This document shows positions 13,486 to 23,379 of a stretch of DNA of 64,000 nt, one piece after another (the stretch's first letter is position 1; each line of letters opens with the position of its first letter). The stretch lies in assembly GCA_047967505.1 (NCBI GenBank), contig CM106538.1. The stretch is one strand, 5' to 3'. Below the pieces are notes generated by a model. It did not search any database, was not told the DNA's origin, and saw only the letters and a program-made list of their open reading frames with translations. The position numbers and the translations under genes are program-made. Source of the DNA: Dipteris shenzhenensis. Lineage: Eukaryota.

Positions 13486-16089
13486 TGACAAATCAGGGGA
13501 TCGAGCTCTCCTAGTCATGAGACAACATCCTAATACAACACTAATCTAAGGAGGATGCAACCTAAGTGCAAACATGATGAAGAGAGTGCTCATGACATGT
13601 ACCTCAAGTCAATTAGGTTCCAAGCTAGATTAGCTTTGACTCATAAAGAGAATCTTGAGATAGTGCAAAGTGCTTGATTGATATAACTTCAAATGAACCT
13701 CCCTTTTATAGGTGAGGGTACTTACATCCATATGCTTGCTCACATGTGGGATATCTCCTCCATGCCATGTGGCAGCTTGCTCTTTACTCATACCTTTGCT
13801 CTATATGTGCTCATGGCACCACAACTCTCAACATCTCCCCTTGGTGCCATGATCCTTTGGCTACTGCAAGGTGGTCATATGTGAGTTAGAAGATCAAATC
13901 CTCCCTTGGGTGCTTACATGGCTACTCTCAGGTGGTCAGGTTTGATTTACAAAATATAGGCAAGGTTGGCAAGAATTTTGCTTTTCAATGCTTCATGTCA
14001 ATTGTGTTCGCTTCTTCTCTTAACGTAGCTTGATGCATGATGCTTTGTTGTGCCTTGATGCTTTCTGTGTGGATGCCATGCTTTGTGCTATGGTCATCTC
14101 ATGCACTTGAGCTTTTGGCATGCTTATGACAATGATGTGTGCATCCATGCTTTGATTTATCATTTGTTGCAAAGGTCTTACCAATTGATTTCTTTCAATA
14201 TTGGCAGTGTCTAATTGCTAACAATGATTCTTATCTAACAAGCGCATAGAGCTCAAAAAGGCAATCACTTTTCCTTTTTGGAGCATGTGCAAATTCCTCC
14301 TAGATTGCAAGTTACGGCTTGTCGAAATTTTTGTGAAGAAGAGGTGGCCTTTGATGATGTGGCTTGGCTGTTCACATGCTACTTGCAAGATTGTGCTTGG
14401 CAAGGGCTATATGCTTAGGTGGCACTTAACTAACCCTGAACCTAAGCCTAACCATGGTTTCTTTTGGGTTGCTTGACCATTGACCAAGGTTGAACTAACC
14501 CTAGTGACTAGAGACAACCATAGTTACATCTTATCCTATGCCACATGGCATTTTTCTCGTACCTTAGAAAGAAACCTTTGATCCTACAGAGATCTTGGGC
14601 GACGACAGCGTCACGGTTTCAGAGGCCTGTGGCATGATGGAAGGTCGCAAGGAGCTCGATGGAGGCACTTGAGACTGAGCATGGGAGTGTAACTATGCTT
14701 TTGCATGACTCATGAGAGGAGAGGCTATGAGCAGAGCATCACGACTGGCTGGAGTTTTCTTAGTTGATGGAGCTTGGAGCTGCTATGAGCGATGTAGTTG
14801 GAGGCAGTGCTTGCTTTGGAGCTATTTGGTTGCACAGTTGCTGCTTTTGTTTTTTATTTCCCACAGCTGTATAGCTAGGCAAGGCTTGTTGGGTTGACAA
14901 TCACGGAGCTATCGGCTCATTGGACCGATGTGGGCTAGTCAGCAAGGATCATTTGGAGGATGGCATTGGAGGGATCCCATGAGCGACACTGCTGGAGAAT
15001 GGTTTTTTTGACTGTGCAGAGAGGAGCGAGCTATTGATGGAAGTAGCAGTGTAGGTGATGTAGATGTGCTATTGTGTAGATGCCAAATCCGTGGACATTT
15101 GGCAATTGTTGGACGAGTCACTCGGTGTAGAAGTCAGAGGTTGATGGGCTTGGACTGGCGAGGTATACGTGGTGTTGCTTTGGCATTGCTCACTGAACGT
15201 TTGTCAAAGGCATGTAGGGAGGCTTTATATGCCATTGCTTTGGCATTGCTCACTGAACGTTTGTCAAAGGCATGTAGGGAGGCTTTATATGCCATTGCTT
15301 GGCATAGGAGGCTAGGTGGTCTCTCGATGCTAGATCTCTTGTGGGCGACTAGTGATGCTAGAGGCTTAGGAGGAAGAACACTACAAATAACTTACAAGAG
15401 CCAACCGAGCTATGATTTCAAACGAATAAACAAAGGCTATGTTCTTGTCTAGGAACCTGAAAATACTCGGGCTACTGCAAATAGATATCTTCTTTGATGT
15501 CGCCATACAGAGACAACCGTTGGAGATCGTAGGAGATGGAGTCAGCTGTTTGGCTGCTTGCAAGCTTTGGGGCTGCTCCACAAGCTCTTGCTTTCTTTCT
15601 AAAATAATCTTACTAAAAACACACTCAAACAAAATGGACCTAAACCTCTTTCTAAGGAGAAGACAAATCTCTCAACAAAAATCTCTCAAGACTTTGAAGA
15701 ACCTTAAACTAATCTGGACTTATTAGCTAAACCTGCTCTAATACCATGACAAATCGGTGGATCGAGCTCTCCTAGTCATGAGACAATATCCTAATACAAC
15801 ACTAATCTAAGGAGGATGCAACCTAAGTGCAAACATGATGAAGAGAGTGCTCATGACATGTACCTCAAGTCAATTAGGTTCCAAGATAGATTAGCCTCAT
15901 AAAGAGAATCTTGAGATAGTGCAAAGTGCTTGATTGATATTACTTCAAATGAACCTCCCTTTTATAGGTATGGGTACTTCCATCCATATGCTTGCTCACA
16001 TGTGGGATATCTCCTCCATGCCATGTGGTAGCTTGCCCTTTACTCATACCTTTGCTCTACATGTGCTCATGGCACCACAACTCTCAACA
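13486..16089 (-). mobile_element. Non-autonomous LTR retrotransposon (TRIM/LARD-like, 2.6 kb)
   Basis: LTRs TGACAAATC...CTCTCAACA at 13486-13833 and 15747-16089; TSD TTTGT (13481-13485, 16090-16094); PBS TGGTATTAGAGC (tRNA-iMet type) at 15735-15746; PPT AAGGGGAGA at 13834-13842; no recognisable gag/pol inside. Confidence 0.93.
15175..15300 (+). repeat. 60-bp perfect tandem duplication inside the LTR element
   Basis: TTGCTTTGGCATTGCTCACTGAACG...GCTTTATATGCCA occurs twice. Confidence 0.95.
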
Positions 16090-16927
16090 TTTGTACTATA
16101 AGGAACATTGCAATCTGTACATTTTCTAACCTACATGGCTGAGTATAATCATGCTATATTCTCCATCAAAGCTTCCCAAGGAACTTGCACACATTCCAAT
16201 TTTTAAAAAATGTCTATATAAAGTCAAGAAGTGTCACATTGATCTATTGTCAAATATCCATGCCATATATGCTTACTTCTCTATGAAATGATTTGCTACA
16301 TATATTGATTAAGTTGATCACTGATCACCATCTATTTTACGCCCAAAAGTGACTTAACTAAGGAGGTAGATAATATAAGGGGCATCATTTCAATACCTCA
16401 AAGTGTTCATAAGATGGTTGTTTAAAAAATAACACATGAAATATAAGCCACAATGGCCAAATATCAATTTTAAAGCCAAAGATCCATGGGACTAAGTTTG
16501 ATTTAGTTAATTTTTTATCCATGTAAATACTATTTTGCTAAAAAGTTTAAAGCATTGCCAAGATTCACATCTTTTTGAAGAAAACATACAAAATTATATT
16601 ATGTTTTGTTAATAATGTCAAACTAAAATGACTAGCTTGTTAAAAGTTTTCATTTTTGTTGTATATATTATATACATTCATTTTCATGACATGCTAGGTT
16701 TATAGTCCTCAATACCTTCCCTCAAGATAGGCATAATCATGTTGGCATTCACTTAAGAAGCTAACTTGAGTGGTTTAAGACCGATTGACTATTAGTAACA
16801 TCATTTTGTAGTGGATAACCCATCAGCCAAGTCACACACTTGCCACTAAACTAGTGTGCTAGCTAACAAGTTGAGGATCATAACTCTTTTTTTATGCAAA
16901 GGGCACAAAAGGTGGGCATAGAGCTAG

Positions 16928-17586
16928 TCATGCCTTTGGTGTTCCACCACATGAACATGGATTATTTGCCATCTAGGATCTCAACAAACATCAAAGAAGT
17001 GTAAATTTCTTACACAAATATAATGCATAGGAAGCCCTTATTATCCACCTCGATCCCCAATGAGTCAGCCTATTGTAGAATCAAAAAGTGAATGTAGTCA
17101 CCATGTCAATAGCATAAAATAATATGGTCAAGATCCATGGTATATTGATAGTGGTGTATCATAAGACAAGCCATAAGGAATGGTTTTAAAAAATGCTACC
17201 TTTGGAAGGATCTAAAATTGGGATATATACACCTAATAATACACCAACTCCTATCCATGAAAAAGGTATAGTACTTATGGATAATTTTATAAGACAAAAA
17301 GGATTGGAAAATTATGTACTGATCTTTGTTCCAAAATTCCAAATATTCTCTTGTTAGCTGGAAAAAGGATAGAGAGAATTTATAGAGTTATTTTCATGCA
17401 ATGAATGCATGATTAAAGACCAATACAAAGGTTATCAACTTGTTGGAAATTCAATAAAAGGCGGTAGATTCTATATAATGCTAGCATCAGTACTACATCA
17501 TCATTCAATGTTATCAATCTATGTCAGGAGGTCGCAAATGAGCTTTCAAAATTATGGCATAAAAGATATGGACATGCCAACTTCAA
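16928..17586 (+). mobile_element. Degenerate Ty1/copia: zinc knuckle, protease, GAG-pre-integrase remnants
   Basis: SCLWC, DPWYIDSG (~17131-17156), KLWHKRYGHANF (~17550-17585). Confidence 0.75.
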
Positions 17587-18043
17587 CTAGATTGCTTGGC
17601 CAGCTGGGCTGTTGATGAATACTTTTCTCTTTTGCTATCTTGTTGAGGTTCACATGAGTCACGTTGTCAGAAATGATGCAGAAGATTGATGTTCAATTGC
17701 ATGCAACCTTTTGTAGAGATTTCGTTATCATCCAGTCCTGCTTGCACTTGATGTTGTTCATGTCGACAATAAAACGTAGTTTTTCTTTTTTTCGGAGGAA
17801 GACAAATTCTTATTCTTTGCACTGTAAGCAAATCTATTGTCATTCCACTTCGAGCGAACGACGGGGAGATGTATTTCAGAAATGTATAAATAATAAATCA
17901 AAACCAAATTGAGACATAAGCATGCAACTGTGATAGGAATAATCCAAACCCAAAGCTGCATTGCATGTACGACAAAAGTTCCAGCACCATTTGCAACTTC
18001 ATTGGATCCCTTTTTTTGAAGGCACAAATGTTTATTTTTTGGG

Positions 18044-18443
18044 TCAAATTATGTTCCTACGCTTTAGGAAATAGTACTTCCGCGCTCTAGCCGGATGGCC
18101 CTCGAGCATGTTGTAACCTAATGGACCTACTGTGTTGTGGCTCCTTATGTAGTATTGCTCTAAAGTTTGTGCTTTGTCTACAGTGTCTGTTGTTTCCAAA
18201 ACTTTGATTTCAAAATTTTCTTTGAAGGGCTTGTAACGCTGCAAGTCCTCTTTCATTTTCGCCGGTGGTTTTTTATTGTGCTGTTTGATCCTCCGCGGCA
18301 GGTCCGTCGTGCTCCCTATGTATTTTCTGTTGTTGGGCTTGCACGTGATGCAGTAGACGACGAGGCTCGCACGATTCCCTTGCGCGGGCGCTTCAGTGGA
18401 GGCTCTTCCTTCATCTCGAGGCTCGCGTCTTTCAATGTCGTAC
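18044..18443 (-). CDS. GIY-YIG endonuclease domain, probable terminal exon of the HLE2 element
   Basis: The reading frame extends upstream of the listed ORF: LVVYCITCKPNNRKYIGSTTDLPRRIKQH...AQTLEQYYIRSHNTVGPLGYN (VVY/YIG, catalytic R, E, N). It is preceded by branch point GACTAAC and acceptor TTTACGCAG at 18444. Confidence 0.85.
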
Positions 18444-18466
18444 CTGCGTAAACATTGACAATTACG

Positions 18467-19370
18467 TTAGTCATCGAGGTTTTCGGTCTTTTTTTTTTCG
18501 TTTGAGGTCCATAATAGAATGCATTTATTTACTTGCCCTGGTTTTTCTCTGTTGGCGTTAAAGGATCGTTTCCAATACCGAAGCGCTCCTCGTATAAGTC
18601 CCTGTTGAAAATATACAAGCTTCTCTATTATCATCACCGCGTGCGTCGCGTCGTGCGTCCCTCCAAATTGTTCCATGAATTGTTCGAGTATAGCCGTTCC
18701 TTGATCGCGCGTCGTGTCCCTCAGCAACTCCAAGGATACGTTGTACCCGTAATGCAGTAGCTCGCATGCATACGCTGTGATCCCTTTCGTCTTCGTGTCT
18801 AGTAGCTTCTGCCCCTCCAAACTTTCCATCATCCTATCGGTCTCATCGAACTCAATGTCAAGCTCGACAAGGATCTCTTTGAGGAGTCCTACAGGAGAAG
18901 TGCAATCCATGATGAGTTTGTTGTTCTTGCAACTCGTTAATTCTTTTTCTCAATTGTTGCGTTTTTTTTTAATTTTCGGAAGCATTACGTACCATTTGCG
19001 AATCTCAAGCCTCCCGGCTCTCTTTTAGCTGGCAAACGCCTATTGCAGTTGTCAATGAAGTCGCGTAGTTCCGCATACGTGTTGAAGCCGTTGATGTAAG
19101 CTCCCGGACGTTCTCCTGCATTGTTTGCTAGCCGGAATTGCTTTGTGGTTAGGAAGAACCTCCTCTTTGCTGGTGGAGGTTTTGTTGCCTTCGCGTTGCT
19201 TTTGTATAGCTCAAATAGCTGCTTGCAAGCACGACTTTTTACACCATCTTTTCAAATGAGCTGTCTTTTTAAATCTTCAAGAATAAAAGATTCTTTCATG
19301 CTGGTGGAATTTACCTTGTCTGCGTCCATGTCTTATGCTACAATGTCCCGAGCTTTCTGATCCTCTGCAC
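18467..19370 (-). pseudogene. Probable internal exons of unknown function between helicase and GIY-YIG
   Basis: Long frames ~19370-18992 (two stops explicable as C>T; ends at donor G|GTACGT) and 18910-18467 (147 aa); no domain recognised. Confidence 0.5.
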
Positions 19371-19480
19371 CTGTTCTCGACAACAGACAAGATATTAAAA
19401 CCATTTTCCTTGCACGCATGTTTGACGTAACATATTCATGACTTGTCTCTGCCTTTTTCAATCTCTGGTAGTGAATACCT

Positions 19481-22400
19481 TTATGCACGTGGTTGTGTTG
19501 TCGGTTGTGAGAACTCTCGTGGAATTGGTCTGAATATGTCTGGATGTGGGCAATGTAGTATGCGCAGCCTCGTTCTCTCAGTCACTCTGGACAATTCTCT
19601 CAGTCACTCTGGACAACATCACGTATGCTAGGCCAGGGGCAAACACTCCTCGAAATATGAGCAGCGCTTTGTTGGATATGGTTGCGCCTTGGGATTTGTG
19701 TCCCGTGATAGCGTATGCTAGGGTTAGTGGAAATGTGGACTTGTGGAACCATTTTCCATTTATTGCCTTTCGCTGATGCTTCGAGCGTCGTAATGTGAGC
19801 ACGGCCGCTGTTGTGTCCACGACGACAGTGATACCGTTGATTTCTCCCCTGCTAGTTGCATCGATGCTCTTGATTTTGCACATTGCTCCATTTGCGGCAC
19901 CTATTGTGAGGTCGATGTTTTCCGTTATCATTGCCTTCGCCCCCACGCAAAATTTTCCTATCTCGTTGAAGCTTTTGTCCTCCAACCATTCTTTGAGAGC
20001 TGGTTCGCTCGCGGTGTTACTGTGTATTTGAACATGCACAATCATCTCAGGAGTGTTGAATTTCTCCACAAGCTCATCGTTGAAGGTAGCGACATCGGCT
20101 CTGTGCGTGCAAATGATGGTTGTTTCGGCATCGATGAAGTGGCATGCACCTTCCTTGTCGACAATGCACTGCCCCAAACAGTCGGAAATCTCGTCAGTTG
20201 TGGGCGTCCTGAGTCTTATGGTATGCAAGAATGCCAGGAACGGCATGTCTCGTGCATGTCGCACCGAGAATTGCATGTGGTACATTTTCGCTTGAGCCCA
20301 GTGCGCGGAGGACGTGATGTGGCACGGCTCGCAGAGATCCTCGCGGTGTTTGCAGAATGGCGGTAATTGCGCCAGGTCACCAAAAATTATGAGCACACAG
20401 ACAACGTGCAGCCCCGAGCTTGTTGAAGCTAGGCTTTAGAAGACTCTTTGTTGTTCTACTGTCAATGCGGCATTGGCGACGGTGCGAAACTTGGCCATTT
20501 TTTCCAACATCCTCGCACGTGTTGGCCCTTCGACGGTTTGCTGGTCGATGTTAGGCACTTCCATCGGGTAGTCTCGGATGATCGCAACCTTTTGCAATAT
20601 CATATTGATCAACTGGTCTGTGTGGTCAGTCGCTAGCAAGTTCCTTTGCGTGTATTCGGTCACATACATCTCGAGGTCCTCGTTGCTCAATATGAGGCCG
20701 CGCATTTGGCATTCGACAAAGTAGGATCCAGCTGTGTTGGCAGGTGATATGAGCTCCGTTTCATTCCTGAAGCTGAGTTTTCGCAAGAGCACGTTGTAGA
20801 AGTACCCCTCTGGTTGATGTCCTGGGTGGTAGTCAGTGAATCTGACTACTCGCTCACATTTTGCGATCCTGTTGCCTAAGAGGTCAAGACCGCCGACCGT
20901 TCCACGTTGCGTTTCCTTGGGCTTTCGGATCACATATTGCCTATGGTAATCGTAGAACGTGCTATCCTCGATGACGCTCAGTCTCCCGCAGTATATGTCG
21001 ATCGGGTGCAGGGTGACGTTGTTGTTTCGCGAGATGATGCGCTGTCTTAGAGATGGTGGCGAGGAGTCGACATAGTGAACGCTCTCGCTCCTTGTGATTG
21101 TTGGTATCTGCATGATCTGCATGCAGTTTAGCGCGGCCTCTATTGGAGAGGTTGGTTTTGATCTCGGGGGGGTCACTCATCATATGTAACCCTATCACGT
21201 GAGTTCAACAAAAGGATATTTTTTATTTCTGAAATTTACAGAAATAAATATACATAAGGGACTATTTAAAATAGTTTTGGAAAAAATTTACAGATTTGTA
21301 TAGAAAAGGGGTACATTTTATTAATGAAAAATTTACACAAATAAGGGATTTTAGAAATATGCCTTGAATGCACGTGGTATAGAGGGTTTATACATAGTGA
21401 CCCCCCCGAGGTTTTGATAGGAGGCTTGCGGCGAAGAGTTTCAGCTTTACTTCGTCGAGATGTTGCAACCCCAAACGTGAGGCGTCTTCTGAACGGATGT
21501 TCAGTTTGCCCATTGGTTCAGATTTCATCGTATACTTGAGGAGGTAGTGAGAGATTGAAGAATTTGTCACCTGCTGTATGTTCATGTGTGCACCCCACAA
21601 CAGTAACACAGAAGGGTGGTAAGGGATGACGTTTCGGTGCTCATCTCCCGGCCGGTAATACAACCAACATTGCGTTAGAGGGTCGAGGATGGGTTCATAT
21701 TCTGGCTGTGTTGCAAAAGGGAAGCCGTGCTTGCAACTGTGGTGTGACGGTCCGATGTAGCACGCTTTCCTGCATACGTGCAATGGCTTCCTGAGAACTA
21801 GTTCTCGCAGCCTTGTGTTTCGAGGATCCAGGGCCTCGTCCCTAGGGACGTAAGCCGCAATCTCATTTGCAATTCGCTGACGGTCATCATGGTGGACCCA
21901 CAATATGACATGGGCGTGTAGGGAGCCCCTGTTTTGTATCTCATAACGAATGACATGGTGTTGTATTCGGCCAAGCAGACCATCGGATGAAAGCAAATGC
22001 TTGCGCATGAACATGTGGAAGCGTGCGTGGAAAAGTGCCACGCATTCAATAGGACAGTCCTTCCAAGTGAATTGCGCATTATTATAATGTGTTGCGATGC
22101 TCTCGATCACATTAATTTCTTGCCACCGTGTATCGGTGACCTCGTCTGCAGTGAATGTCAGAAAGAAATCTGGTAGGCCCCAAGCATCGACCATCGTTAT
22201 GAGGTCCTTCAGTTGCCGTCGATGCCACGATGGGGACCCCGGCATTGTTGATGGCATGCTGTAGCGAAGCACGTGTCTCATTGCGTCTTCATCGGTCGTG
22301 GCAGGGTTGGCTTTCCTATATTGGTCGATGTCTCGTTGCAAGCATGTAGAGTTGCTTGAATTGGCAATCATCACTGCCTGTTTTAACTGGAACATGATCA

Positions 22401-23378
22401 ACAAGTACGGCTTGTAGAGTGTGTAGATAGAGAATAAGGTGCATATTCTCATTTTCACATAGTTGCTGAACTGTATGCAGCCATCATAGTAGCCCCGTCC
22501 GAAAGGAAACAGGAAGGGGAACACTGCTGACTCCATGGTTATGTCAGCGCACGCACTGCCAGCTGCTGGTACTCCGTCGACGTGGAATGAAGCGACCCTC
22601 TCTGAAAGCATTTCTGTACCCCGTAGCTGTATGGAGGCAAACTCATACTTGTCCCTTGCATTAAAGGCGCGACGGTTCGCAGGGTCCACCATGTTTTGCA
22701 AAAGCAGGAGCTCAGGCTGAGATTCCGCTATTGACATTAACTCAAAGGGAGCTGTCTCATCGTGTAGTTCCAAGATACCTGCAATGGTTTGAGGACTCAA
22801 GATGCACATACCCATCTTGATGTCCGCACGCTCTGCTAAAGAATTGTACTTGCGCAATATTGGATTGTTCTTGATGTTGTATGCGAGCACACCTGACAGC
22901 TCGTTCGTCACGATTTCTTGAGCTGAGCTTAGTGGGACGTTTCGCCAAGATATCAGAGGATTGTCTAGAAGTGACCTTCGATCGAGTGTGCCACGAGCAA
23001 TCGCATTTGAAGTCGTGGTAGCTGAAATGGATATATCTATGATGCTTAGCAGTTGCGTGTGGAGGTGGTTTGTTTTAAGCAACTGCCGAGAGTACTGTGG
23101 CATCAACCGCACAATGTATCTGCTCCGCTGGGCATCTCGTGTGCAGCTTTGGCACTTCCAGTAAGTCACTCACATGCCCATATTCTCGCAGGCATCCAAA
23201 AGTATCATGTTTCCGAGTGCGGCGCTGTGGCTCGAGATGCCTATGCCTTGCGAAGAAACGATCCTTTGGTTTGCAGACAGTAGCATGGTTATGCCACAGA
23301 CACCGCAGATTTGAAGGCTAGAGAAAATAGCCACGCAATTACTAACCCATTGCTTGTATCTATCTGCGATGGTCAACC
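19481..23378 (-). pseudogene. RepHel transposase (CxxC..CxxC, HUH Rep, PIF1 helicase), disrupted
   Basis: ICGVCG/KCQSC; FPFLFPFGRG; PGSPSW; GLPDFFLTFT; EIQNRGSLHAHVILW; YLLKYTMK; FGDLAQLPP; FPLTLAYAITGHKSQGATI; AYVMLSRV. The pieces join in one frame once the MITE and a 22-bp duplication are removed; stops at 23170 and 20436. Confidence 0.93.
21163..21410. mobile_element. 248-bp MITE with 15-bp perfect TIRs and 8-bp TSD
   Basis: TIR CTCGGGGGGGTCACT (21163-21177) / AGTGACCCCCCCGAG (21396-21410); TSD GTTTTGAT at 21155-21162 and 21411-21418; AT-rich interior. Confidence 0.95.
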
Positions 23379-23379
23379 A

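Larger units (their letters stand above)
4671..16910 (+). repeat. ~1.87-kb tandem repeat, three units (about 4671-6621; 6622-12412 interrupted by CACTA; 12413-16910 interrupted by LTR element)
   Basis: The block GTGCCACT.AGTCTTGTGATAAACATCAT recurs at ~5361, ~7227 and ~13066. The AT-rich part 5746-6620 recurs at 11988-12410 (with an internal deletion) and at 13444-13485/16090-16910. Confidence 0.92.
4433..16927 (+). mobile_element. Putative non-autonomous canonical Helitron containing a tandem array plus nested CACTA and LTR elements
   Basis: Starts A|TCATACTAGTACTTAA and ends GGGCATAGAGCTAG|T. A CpG-decayed hairpin TTTTATGC-AAAGG-GCACAAAA lies ~13 nt before CTAG. No TSD. Both flanks look like adjacent parts of one copia gag. 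Confidence 0.55.
17587..23378 (-). mobile_element. Helentron/Helitron2-type (HLE2) rolling-circle transposon with GIY-YIG endonuclease; 5'-truncated, left boundary approximate
   Basis: HUH Rep, PIF1 helicase and downstream GIY-YIG coding segments all on the minus strand, in one GC/CpG-rich block distinct from its neighbours. Confidence 0.85.

Noticed and set aside
17587-17612. CTAG|T on the minus strand as a canonical Helitron 3' end for the RepHel element
   Set aside because: The hairpin is weak and HLE2 elements do not normally end in CTRR; kept only as an approximate boundary.
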